A stretch of 35,273 nt of DNA from an uncultured Myxococcaceae bacterium (GTDB lineage Bacteria; Myxococcota_A; UBA9160): NCBI GenBank assembly GCA_964353695.1, contig CAYGXT010000001.1, forward strand, positions 1-35,273, read 5' to 3'. Shown piece by piece: positions 26,563-34,989 of the stretch. The stretch's first letter is position 1. Every line of letters starts with the position of its first letter. The translations under genes were made by a program, and so were the position numbers. The notes under the pieces are model-generated. The model did no database searches and was not told where the DNA came from. It worked only from the letters and a program-made list of their open reading frames with translations.

Positions 26563-27606
26563 CTAGACCCCTTCCTCCAGGAGTACCTTCAGCCGCTCCG
26601 GCGTCAGCCAGTCCGGATTGTCGCCGCTGGAGTAGCGAAAGTCCTCCGCAACTCGCTTCGTCAACGGGCCCTCGAAGGTCGCTCGATCCCACCACGCGAA
26701 GGAAGGCTCGATCACGTAGCGATCCGCCATTTCGACGGTGTGGCGGGCGTCGCCCTCCGTCACCATCGTCTCGTGCAACTTCTCTCCCGCCCTGATGCCG
26801 ACGACGCGATGCTCCAGCGATGGAGCCATCGTGTGCGCCAGATCGGTGATCTTCATGCTGGGGATTTTCGGTACGAAGATCTCTCCGCCGCGCATCATTG
26901 AAAGACAGCTGAGCACGAAATCCACGCCCTCGCGCAAGGTGATCCAGAAGCGGGTCATCCGCGGATCGGTGATCGGCAGGCTGTCGGCACCAGCGGCGAT
27001 CAGGCGGCGAAACAGCGGGACCACCGACCCTCGCGACCCGATCACGTTGCCATAGCGGACCACCGAGAAACGAACCTTGGTCGAGCCACTCAGGTGGTTT
27101 GCTGCCGCAAAGATCTTGTCGGAAGCCAGCTTGCTCGCTCCGTACAGGTTGATCGGGTTGGATGCCTTGTCCGTCGACAGTGCGATGACGCGCTTTACCC
27201 GGTTGCGGATGGCCGCCTGGACGACGTTCTCTGCGCCGAGCACGTTCGTGTGCACGCACTCGAAGGGATTGTATTCGGCGGCTGGCACCTGCTTGAGCGC
27301 GGCCGTATGGATGACGTAATCGATGTCGCGCATCGCCATCTCGAGTCTCGGCAGATCGCGCACGTCGCCGATGAAGAACCTCAGGCGGCTGACCGCTCCC
27401 CGAGGAAACGTCTGCTCCATTTCGTACTGTTTCAGCTCGTCGCGGGAATAGATCACCGTACGCGCCGGTTGAGTGATCTCGTGGATCCGTCGGATGAAGG
27501 CCTGGCCGAACGAGCCCGTTCCACCCGTCACCAGGATCTGCGCACCGTTCAGGCGCGTAAGCACGTCCACGTCGGGACCGATGCTGGGCAGGAAACGGGA
27601 CGTCAC
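26563..27606 (-). CDS. pseB: UDP-GlcNAc 4,6-dehydratase (inverting)
   Basis: TGGTGSFG, YSRDELKQ, AALKQVPAAEYNPFEC, LSTDKA.NPINLYGASK, VRYGNV.GSRGSV, ITDPRMTRF, GEKLHE. Confidence 0.93.
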   Translation of the reverse strand: MTSRFLPSIGPDVDVLTRLNGAQILVTGGTGSFGQAFIRRIHEITQPARTVIYSRDELKQYEMEQTFPRGAVSRLRFFIGDVRDLPRLEMAMRDIDYVIHTAALKQVPAAEYNPFECVHTNVLGAENVVQAAIRNRVKRVIALSTDKASNPINLYGASKLASDKIFAAANHLSGSTKVRFSVVRYGNVIGSRGSVVPLFRRLIAAGADSLPITDPRMTRFWITLREGVDFVLSCLSMMRGGEIFVPKIPSMKITDLAHTMAPSLEHRVVGIRAGEKLHETMVTEGDARHTVEMADRYVIEPSFAWWDRATFEGPLTKRVAEDFRYSSGDNPDWLTPERLKVLLEEGV

Positions 27607-28640
27607 GATTTCTCGCCCTTGCGCCGGGTCGCAATCATCTTTGTCACGGCCTCCGCGACCCGGGCAGCCCCCCGGCCGTCGATGAGCTTCCGGCCGGCCA
27701 TGGCCATCCGGCGCCGGCGCGCCCGATCTCCCGCCAGAGCGCGAACTGCGCCGGCGAGTCTTCGAAGCCCCCGCTCACTGGTGTCCTCGAAGAGAACGGC
27801 CGCTCCCGCCCGGCGAACGGCACGAGCGCTAGCGCGTTGATTCTCTGCTGCCACGATCATCACCATCGGTACTCCGAAGCAGGCCAACTCCCAGCAGCTT
27901 ACTCCAGCCGCCGTTACCGCCATAGTTGCCCCCGCCATCAGGCCGACCAGGTCCGGCGGGTTGATGAGGCATTTCACACCGAGCGCCGCGGCCTGCCCTG
28001 CAAGCTGGCTTCGCCGCGGATTGGCAGGGCCGATGATGAGGACCGCCTCGAGGCCCGTCTCGGCCGCACTAGGCAAGGCCGCGAGAATGCGGCCGGAAAG
28101 CCCTCGCGCATCGGCACCGCCGAGCGTGATCAGCAGCCTCTCGTGGTCTGCCTTCGGCGCGCGGTCGGGTTTCGACCTCCGGGCCGCGAACTCCGGCCGC
28201 AGCAAGGCGTAGCGCGGTCCAAGCAGGAACCGTGCGTTCCCGCCTCCGCAACGCGCATAGTCGGTCGCGCGACGCTCCGGGCCAGAATCGACGATCAGGT
28301 CGCAATCGTGCCGCCGATTCGCGAGATCGTCGATGACGACCACCACGCTCGCACCTCCACGCGCAGCGTGTTCAAAGGGAGCACCGAGCCTGTAGTGGTC
28401 GACCACCACGCAATCGATTCTTCTTGCAGTCACGGCTGCCGCGACAATCGGCGCGCCCTTGATCCCAGCCGGCACGACGATCGGCTTCGAATCGCCAAAG
28501 AGCTCGGCGCTCTCACGCGTCATCGCAAACCAGCAACGCCAGCCGCGTGCTTCGAGCGTCGCGGCAAGCGCACGGCATCGAATCACATGGCCGATCCCAA
28601 TGCTGGCACCGCCGTCACAGCGGAAGAGAGCGTTGGGCAC
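27603..28640 (-). CDS. pseG: UDP-2,4-diacetamido-2,4,6-trideoxy-L-altropyranose hydrolase
   Basis: FRCDGG..IG.GHV.RC..LA (catalytic His), VVDHY, IDDLANR.HDCD, GPRYALLRPEF, TLGGAD, AENQ. Confidence 0.87.
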   Translation of the reverse strand: MPNALFRCDGGASIGIGHVIRCRALAATLEARGWRCWFAMTRESAELFGDSKPIVVPAGIKGAPIVAAAVTARRIDCVVVDHYRLGAPFEHAARGGASVVVVIDDLANRRHDCDLIVDSGPERRATDYARCGGGNARFLLGPRYALLRPEFAARRSKPDRAPKADHERLLITLGGADARGLSGRILAALPSAAETGLEAVLIIGPANPRRSQLAGQAAALGVKCLINPPDLVGLMAGATMAVTAAGVSCWELACFGVPMVMIVAAENQRASARAVRRAGAAVLFEDTSERGLRRLAGAVRALAGDRARRRRMAMAGRKLIDGRGAARVAEAVTKMIATRRKGEKS

Positions 28641-28654
28641 ATCGGCTCCATCTC

Positions 28655-29728
28655 TCAGCCGAAGTCCGTGAACGCTACCAGGTGGCCGGCGGGCAGATCG
28701 GTCTTGAAGGTGAGGCCGGCGAGCGTGTCGTACATGTCCGGGCCGATGCCGAATCCTGGGCGGCGAAACTCCACGACTGCGTCCGACAGGCGTGTTCCCG
28801 CTCTTACCTGCTGTTTCAAATACAGGGACCGTCGCACACCCTGCCGCTTCTTGAGCTCCAGCGGATGGAGAACGCGCCGCGGGCTCCCGAGGGCAATCTC
28901 CAGATCACGAATCGCGCCGACGAATCGCGACATCTCGGCCGGCTCCAGCGACATCATGTGCTCGACCGAACGCGTCGTGCGATCCAGCGTAATCGTCTTC
29001 TCGACCAGCGAGGCGCCGAGCGCGACCGCCGCGATGTCCATGTCCCAGCCGGGCGTGTGGTCGGAATAGGCGATCGGGTACGGAAACATCTGCCGGAGCG
29101 TGGTGATCACTCGCAGATTGATGCTCTCGAGGCGCGCGGGATATCCGGACGGACAATGGTGGATGATGACGTTCTCGTTGCCCTCGCGCCGCACGATATC
29201 GATAGCGGTCTCCATCTCGCCGATGGTTCCGTTGCCGGTGTCGAGCTGGATATTGAGGCCCGTCCGCGCAGCCCTGCGAAGCAGCGGATAGTGGTTCAGG
29301 TCGGCAGAAGCGATCTTGATGGAGTGGCAGCCGATGGAAACGACGAAATCGATCTCCTCGTCGAACACGATCGTGCAGAAGAATGCGAGACCGAAGCCAT
29401 CGCAATACGCTTTCAGGTCGCGCCATTCGCTTTCGCTCAAAGTGCGGCGACAGAGGATCTCATAGAGAGGCTCGGTGACGGTCTCGGTTCTGCCGGTCTC
29501 GCGATCGACCAGGACGTCGTAGCTGAACGGCATGTTCCGGTCGGCCACCAGGCGATCCGGGTCGACCAGCTGGAACTTGACGGCGTTGGCTCCGGCCTCC
29601 GCCGCATGCCGTACCAGCGTCTTCGCAGAGTCTATGCCCGAAAGCGTCGGCCCGGCCTCGAGCGTGATGAAACAGGAGTTGCCATCACCAACGGCGTGAT
29701 CGCCGATCTTTACAGGAGTCCGGATCAC
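28655..29728 (-). CDS. N-acetylneuraminate synthase family (NeuB/PseI/LegI), divergent
   Basis: AAEAGANAVKFQ, IKIASAD, HHCPSGYP, YSDHT, C-terminal SAF/AFL-like RRSLY...RRPGFGI; GTG start after GAGG. Confidence 0.88.
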   Translation of the reverse strand: MIRTPVKIGDHAVGDGNSCFITLEAGPTLSGIDSAKTLVRHAAEAGANAVKFQLVDPDRLVADRNMPFSYDVLVDRETGRTETVTEPLYEILCRRTLSESEWRDLKAYCDGFGLAFFCTIVFDEEIDFVVSIGCHSIKIASADLNHYPLLRRAARTGLNIQLDTGNGTIGEMETAIDIVRREGNENVIIHHCPSGYPARLESINLRVITTLRQMFPYPIAYSDHTPGWDMDIAAVALGASLVEKTITLDRTTRSVEHMMSLEPAEMSRFVGAIRDLEIALGSPRRVLHPLELKKRQGVRRSLYLKQQVRAGTRLSDAVVEFRRPGFGIGPDMYDTLAGLTFKTDLPAGHLVAFTDFG

Positions 29729-29953
29729 AGTTCGCCTCAGTTTTCAGGACGCAGAAGCGTGAGTTCCGAGTCGATCCTCCGGCAGTCGCCTCATCAGAAC
29801 CTCTTTGCGACGGACCGAGGTTCGAATGCCACTTCCTAGCATGGCGCCCCCCGAGTCTGCCATCTCTGCGTCGGAGGCGCGCACCAGGGGGAGCCGCCAC
29901 CTCGTCCGTTTGGGCGCTTCTGCGCTTTCGGGCTCCGGGGGTTGCGCGCGCGA

Positions 29954-29969
29954 TGGCAGGCGCGATGCT
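29954..29969 (+). promoter_or_regulatory. Possible sigma54 (-24/-12) promoter for block 3
   Basis: TGGCAGG-CGCG-ATGCT has the GG-N10-GC spacing of TGGCACG-N4-TTGCW and lies in the divergent intergenic region. Confidence 0.3.
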
Positions 29970-29977
29970 GACCGGCA

Positions 29978-31039
29978 ATGCACTCGGGCAGCAGCAGTAC
30001 TCCTCATCGGTCGGGCCCAGGGCATCCCCTGAAGAGCGTGTTGGTCATCGGCTGCGGGTCCATCGGATTCCGGCACGCGGCGAATGCCGCGCTGCTTGCC
30101 AGCGTCACGGTCACCGACGCCATCCCGCAGCGCGCCCTCGCGACGGCACAGTCACTCGAGGTCGAATCGTGTGCTTCGCTCGAGGAAGGCCTCGCAGCAC
30201 GCCCATCGGCCGTGGTGATCGCCACCCCTCACGTGACGCATCTCGAGCTGGCGTGCGCCGCCGTAGCCGCCGGTGCCGACGTTCTGATCGAGAAGCCGCT
30301 CGCGGTGAGTCTCGACGGGGTCGCGAACTTTCTGGCGCAGGTGGAGCGCGGCGGTCGCCGGGCGCGCGTCGTCTGCAACATGCGGTTCCACCCTGCCGTG
30401 GACGCTCTCCGCCAGGCCCTCCCGCGTGTAGGCAGGCCGCTGTTCGCACGGGCACAGTACGGCAACTATCTCCCTGAGATGCGTCCCGGCACCGACTATC
30501 GGACGCTCTACTGTGCGCGCGCAGAGGCGGGCGGCGGTGTGATCTTCGATGCAATTCACGAGATTGACTATCTGAGCTGGCTCTTCGGGCCGGTCGAGCG
30601 GGTGATCGCCGAAGCGGCCCGTGTTGGCGACCTCGAGATCGACGTCGAGGACTACGCCGCCCTCACACTCACACACCTCAGCGGCGTGCGGTCCGAGATC
30701 CACCTGGATTATCTGCAGAGGTCGAAGAGGCGCGGCTGCGAGATCGTGGGTACCGAAGGGACGCTGGTCTGGACGAGTGAGGGGCGAGATCCCGAGCACT
30801 GCTCGGTTCGCTTCCGTCCCCCGGCCAACCGCGCATGGGAGATCATCCTCGAGCAGCCCGATCTCGATCGGGGAGCACCGTACGTCGAGCTGATGCGACG
30901 GTTTCTAGGCGGGGACGGGAACGAAGACAACCTCCTCGACGCCCGCGGCGGTGCCGAGAACCTGGCCGTTGCCCTCGCCGCCAAACGGTCCGCGACCACG
31001 CACGCCGCCGTGCGCCCGGAGCGGGTTGGAATCGCCTGA
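29978..31039 (+). CDS. Gfo/Idh/MocA-family oxidoreductase
   Basis: VLVIGCGSIG.RH, VLIEKPL, NMRFHP, GGGVIFDAIHEIDY, LEIDVED, HLDY; true start may be about 50 nt downstream. Confidence 0.87.
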   Translation: MHSGSSSTPHRSGPGHPLKSVLVIGCGSIGFRHAANAALLASVTVTDAIPQRALATAQSLEVESCASLEEGLAARPSAVVIATPHVTHLELACAAVAAGADVLIEKPLAVSLDGVANFLAQVERGGRRARVVCNMRFHPAVDALRQALPRVGRPLFARAQYGNYLPEMRPGTDYRTLYCARAEAGGGVIFDAIHEIDYLSWLFGPVERVIAEAARVGDLEIDVEDYAALTLTHLSGVRSEIHLDYLQRSKRRGCEIVGTEGTLVWTSEGRDPEHCSVRFRPPANRAWEIILEQPDLDRGAPYVELMRRFLGGDGNEDNLLDARGGAENLAVALAAKRSATTHAAVRPERVGIA

Positions 31040-31265
31040 GCCCCGGCGGACATGGCGTGCTTGGCGGGAGGGCCCGACCGCGAGGCTGCGTCTGCCGGAG
31101 ACGAAGGCGTTCTAGGCTCGGAAGCGATCGTTGGCAACGAGATGGGTCTTTTTACCATCGCTTCTCGGTCAAGCACCGGAGCGTCGCGTACGGCGCAAGT
31201 CGAGTAGCCTTGAGGGCATCGCCCAACGCGTACCTTGCCCAGGGGATCAGGAGACCTCGGATTCG

Positions 31266-32576
31266 ATGACTCACCACGCCGGCCGCGACCGCTATGCCCG
31301 CTCGAACGCGCTCCTGGCGCGCGCCGAAAAGGTCATCCCGCTCGGCTCGCAGACCTTCAGCAAGAGCTGGACGCAGTATCCCAAGGGCCATGCGCCGCTC
31401 TTCTTAACCCATGGGCGTGGCGGCCGGGTCTGGGACGTGGACGGCAACGAGTACGTCGATCTGGTGGGCGGCCTGCTGCCCATCGTGCTCGGCTATTGCG
31501 ATCCCGACGTGGACGCCGCGATCCGCGCGCAGCTCGAGAGGGGTATCAGCTTCAGCCTGGCGACGGAGCTCGAGGTCGAGCTCGCCGAGCTGCTGGTCGA
31601 GCTCATTCCGTCGGCCGAAATGGTGCGATTCGGAAAGAACGGCTCAGATGCCACTTCCGCATGCGTACGAATTGCCCGTGCCGTCACCGGGCGCGACCGC
31701 ATCGCTGCCGGGGGCTACCACGGGTGGCAGGATTGGTACATCGGCGCAACAGCGCGTCACAAGGGGGTGCCGGGCGCCGTGCGGGCGCTGACCCACAGGT
31801 TTCCGTTCCTCGACCTCGATGCGCTGGAAGGCCTCTTCGAGCGGCACCCGGGAGAGTTCGCAGGCGTGATCGTTGAGACGGTGGGTGCGGTCGAGCCTCC
31901 GGCCGGTCATCTCGAGGCTCTGCGCGATCTCACCCACGCTCATGGTGCGCTCCTGATCTTCGACGAGATCATCACCGGCTTCCGCGTCCACCTTGGCGGC
32001 GCCCAGGCCCGATACGGCGTGACCCCGGACCTGTCGGCATTCGGAAAGAGCATGGGCAACGGCATGCCGATCTCCGCCGTCCTCGGCCGAGCTGACCTGA
32101 TGGCCGAGATGGAGCACATCTTCTTCTCCTCCACCTTCGGTGGCGAGACCCTCTCGCTTGCGGCCGCGCTCGCAACCGTGAAGAAGATGCGCGACTGCGG
32201 GGTGATCGATGATCTGTGGAACAAAGGGTCCATTCTCGCCGAAGGCCTGCGCCAGCGGATTGGAAACCACGGCCTGGTTGACGTCATCAGCGTCGCAGGC
32301 GTGCCGGCGTGGACGCTGCTGGGGTTCAACCAGACCAGCAAGGGAGATTCGAAGGAGGCGGTCAAGACTCTGCTGCTCCGGGAGCTCCTGAGCCGTGGCG
32401 TCCTCACCACCGGCTCGCACAACGTCTGTTACGCGCATCAACCGGACGATGTCGCACATGTCCTCGGCGCCTATGACCATGCCCTGGCTGTCGTCGCCGA
32501 TGCGGTTCGCAGAGGCAACATCGAGGCGCAGCTCGATTGCCCGGTCATCAGGCCGGTCTTCGCGGTGCGGAGCTGA
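31266..32576 (+). CDS. Class III PLP aminotransferase, glutamate-1-semialdehyde aminomutase-like
   Basis: IPLGSQTFSKS, VWDVDGNEYVD, VRFGKNGSDAT, GYHGWQDW, LIFDEIITGFR, FGKSMGNG (PLP Lys), SSTFGGE; start ATG 31266. Confidence 0.9.
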   Translation: MTHHAGRDRYARSNALLARAEKVIPLGSQTFSKSWTQYPKGHAPLFLTHGRGGRVWDVDGNEYVDLVGGLLPIVLGYCDPDVDAAIRAQLERGISFSLATELEVELAELLVELIPSAEMVRFGKNGSDATSACVRIARAVTGRDRIAAGGYHGWQDWYIGATARHKGVPGAVRALTHRFPFLDLDALEGLFERHPGEFAGVIVETVGAVEPPAGHLEALRDLTHAHGALLIFDEIITGFRVHLGGAQARYGVTPDLSAFGKSMGNGMPISAVLGRADLMAEMEHIFFSSTFGGETLSLAAALATVKKMRDCGVIDDLWNKGSILAEGLRQRIGNHGLVDVISVAGVPAWTLLGFNQTSKGDSKEAVKTLLLRELLSRGVLTTGSHNVCYAHQPDDVAHVLGAYDHALAVVADAVRRGNIEAQLDCPVIRPVFAVRS

Positions 32577-32579
32577 CGG

Positions 32580-33146
32580 GTGCTGCTCGAGGCGCCGATC
32601 GAGACCCCGGACCTGATCCTGCGCTCGCTGGACGCGAGCTTCGCCCGCGGTCCCTACGCGATATGGATGCGTGACCCGGTGGTGACCCGCCATCTCGAGG
32701 TCCGGTTCGCTCCGCCCGATGAGGCCGCTCTCGCGGCCTATATCGAGCGGATGAATGCCAGCGCCGGCGACCTCCTGCTCGGTCTCTTTCTCAGGGCAGA
32801 GCCGGAGCGCCACATCGGCAACATCAAGCTGGGGCCCATCAACCGTCACCACCTGGCAGCCCCGATCGGCATCGCCATTGGCGCGACCGAATTCTGGGGC
32901 AAGGGCCTTGCGACCCAGGCCGTGAGTGCCCTGGCCGACCATGCGTTCGTGGCGCTCGGCCTGGAACGCCTCGAGGCCGGCTTCTATGGCCCCAACCAAT
33001 CCTCCCAACGCGCCTTCCAGCGTGCCGGGTTCGTCCTCGAGGGCTGCCGCCGTGGCGCCCGCCTCTGCGAGGGGGTAAGAACGGATGAAGTATTGATGGG
33101 AAGGTTGCGGGCTCAGCCGCGCGCTCAGGGGAAGGACAGCCGATGA
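32580..33146 (+). CDS. GNAT N-acetyltransferase (RimJ/RimL-like, possible PseH substitute)
   Basis: HIGNIKLGPI, WGKGLAT acetyl-CoA motif A, N.SSQRAF..AGF..EG. Confidence 0.85.
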   Translation: MLLEAPIETPDLILRSLDASFARGPYAIWMRDPVVTRHLEVRFAPPDEAALAAYIERMNASAGDLLLGLFLRAEPERHIGNIKLGPINRHHLAAPIGIAIGATEFWGKGLATQAVSALADHAFVALGLERLEAGFYGPNQSSQRAFQRAGFVLEGCRRGARLCEGVRTDEVLMGRLRAQPRAQGKDSR

Positions 33147-34330
33147 GATATTGCAGCCGTTGCGTGCTACCCGAGACCGCCGAATCGCTCACCTTCGACG
33201 ACCAGGGCGTGTGCTCGGTCTGCCGGCAGATCGAGTACAAGCACTCGCAAATCGATTGGGCCGAGCGCGGGAACGGGCTGGATGACCTTCTCGATCGTCA
33301 CCGCGGCAAACAGCAATACGACTGCATCGTGCCCTTCTCCGGCGGGAAGGATTCGACCTTCACCCTCTGGTACCTGGTCAAGGTCAAGAAGCTCAAGCCT
33401 CTGGTCGTGCGTTTCGACCACGGGTTCCTGCGAAAGACCGTTCAGGAAAACAGCCTCCGCACGCTCCGGACGTTGGGCGTCGACGTGCAGCACTTCACGC
33501 CGAACTGGCAGGTCGTTCGAAAACTGATGTTCGAGTCGCTGCGCCGGCGCGGCGACTTCTGCTGGCACTGCCACACCGGCATCTTCTCCTACCCCATGTG
33601 GGTATCGGTCTGGCAGCGAATCCCGTTGATCATCTGGGGTGAGCCGACCGCAGAGTATGCATCCTTCTACCGCTATGATGAAGAGGAGGAGGTCGACGAG
33701 CGCCGATTCAACGCCTTCGTCAATCTGGGCATCAATGCCGAAGACATGGTCGGGATGCTCGACGATACGATTTCCAGCTATCCCGTGACGGAGCGCGACC
33801 TGCTCCCCTACACCTATCCGCCGGCGGATCAGCTCGCCGGCGTCCGCTCCGTTCTACTCGGCTCGTACATCCCCTGGGACGTCAAGAATCAAGTTCAGCT
33901 GATCAAGCGCGAACTCGGCTGGCAAGGGGACCAGGTCGAGGGCGTCCCGCCGGAGTACGACTATGAGAAGATCGAGTGCTTCCTGCAGGGCGTGCGCGAC
34001 TACATCAAGTACCTGAAGCGCGGGTTCGGCCGCACCACCCACCTCGTGTCGATCGATATCCGGAACAACCGCAAGACGCGTGAAGAGGGTGAGGGTCTGG
34101 TCGCCGAGTACGATGGTCGCCGGCCGGTCGCGCTCGACCTCTTTCTCGAGTATCTCGGCTTGAGCGAGGAGGCCTTTCTCAAGCTCATCGAGCCGCACGT
34201 CGTTTCGCCGCACGAGATGCCGTCCTGCGAGCAGTGTCAGCGCCGCAGCGGCGGCTGGCCGCCGAAGGATTTTGCGACTTGGCCTCGAATCACGGGCGAT
34301 CCCGACAGGGACAAGACCGCCGCACGATGA
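33143..34330 (+). CDS. N-acetyl sugar amidotransferase (PP-loop), copy 2
   Basis: YCSRC...GVCSVC, YDCIVPFSGGKDS, FCWHCH, YIKYLKRGFGR; ATGA overlap with the GNAT; followed by HisH/HisF. Confidence 0.9.
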   Translation: MRYCSRCVLPETAESLTFDDQGVCSVCRQIEYKHSQIDWAERGNGLDDLLDRHRGKQQYDCIVPFSGGKDSTFTLWYLVKVKKLKPLVVRFDHGFLRKTVQENSLRTLRTLGVDVQHFTPNWQVVRKLMFESLRRRGDFCWHCHTGIFSYPMWVSVWQRIPLIIWGEPTAEYASFYRYDEEEEVDERRFNAFVNLGINAEDMVGMLDDTISSYPVTERDLLPYTYPPADQLAGVRSVLLGSYIPWDVKNQVQLIKRELGWQGDQVEGVPPEYDYEKIECFLQGVRDYIKYLKRGFGRTTHLVSIDIRNNRKTREEGEGLVAEYDGRRPVALDLFLEYLGLSEEAFLKLIEPHVVSPHEMPSCEQCQRRSGGWPPKDFATWPRITGDPDRDKTAAR

Positions 34331-34343
34331 TCTCCGGCTACCG

Positions 34344-34970
34344 ATGAGCGTCGCGATCATCGATTACGGCGCCGGGAACATCGAATCCGTACGCAATGCG
34401 TTGTTCGCCGCTGGAACCAACGCCACCGTGGCGCGTGATCCGGATGCCGTCCTTGCCGCCGACCGGTTGGTGCTGCCAGGAGTCGGCGCAGCCGGACCCG
34501 CCGCGATGCGCCTCGCCCGATCTGGTCTGGGCGAGGCGATGGCGGAGGCGGTCCGCCTCAAGGGGCGACCGCTGCTCGGAATCTGCCTCGGCATGGAGTT
34601 GCTCGCAGAGCAGCTTCTCGAGTTCGGGCGAACGCCGGGTCTCGGCTGGCTCTCGGGCGAGGTCGTGCATCTGCGCGACGCGGGCGTGCAGCGCGCGCGC
34701 GTGCCCCATATCGGTTGGAACGCCGTCGAACCAATGGGCGTGGCCGCACATTTCTTTCAGGGGCCGGAGCGGATGCGGACCTTCTATTTCTGCCATTCGT
34801 ACACGCTCGTCCGCCACGCTCTTGGAGCTGTCGCAGCGCACACAACGTATGAGGCACCTCTGGTCGCAGCGGTTCTCGATGGCACGGTCTTCGCGACTCA
34901 GTTTCATCCTGAGAAGTCACAGATCAACGGACAGAGGTTGATCCGCGCCTTCTTGTCCTGGGCGCCGTGA
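34344..34970 (+). CDS. hisH: HisH-like glutamine amidotransferase, copy 2
   Basis: IDYGAGNI, LPGVGA, GICLGME, PHIGWN, YFCHSY, QFHPEKS; start ATG 34344. Confidence 0.9.
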   Translation: MSVAIIDYGAGNIESVRNALFAAGTNATVARDPDAVLAADRLVLPGVGAAGPAAMRLARSGLGEAMAEAVRLKGRPLLGICLGMELLAEQLLEFGRTPGLGWLSGEVVHLRDAGVQRARVPHIGWNAVEPMGVAAHFFQGPERMRTFYFCHSYTLVRHALGAVAAHTTYEAPLVAAVLDGTVFATQFHPEKSQINGQRLIRAFLSWAP

Positions 34971-34989
34971 ACCGGGCATCGGACATTCC

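Noticed and set aside
31266-32576. hemL (tetrapyrrole synthesis)
   Set aside because: SQTFSKS, FGKNGSDAT and YHGWQDW motifs and the gene context fit the glycan-cluster subfamily; no hem genes nearby
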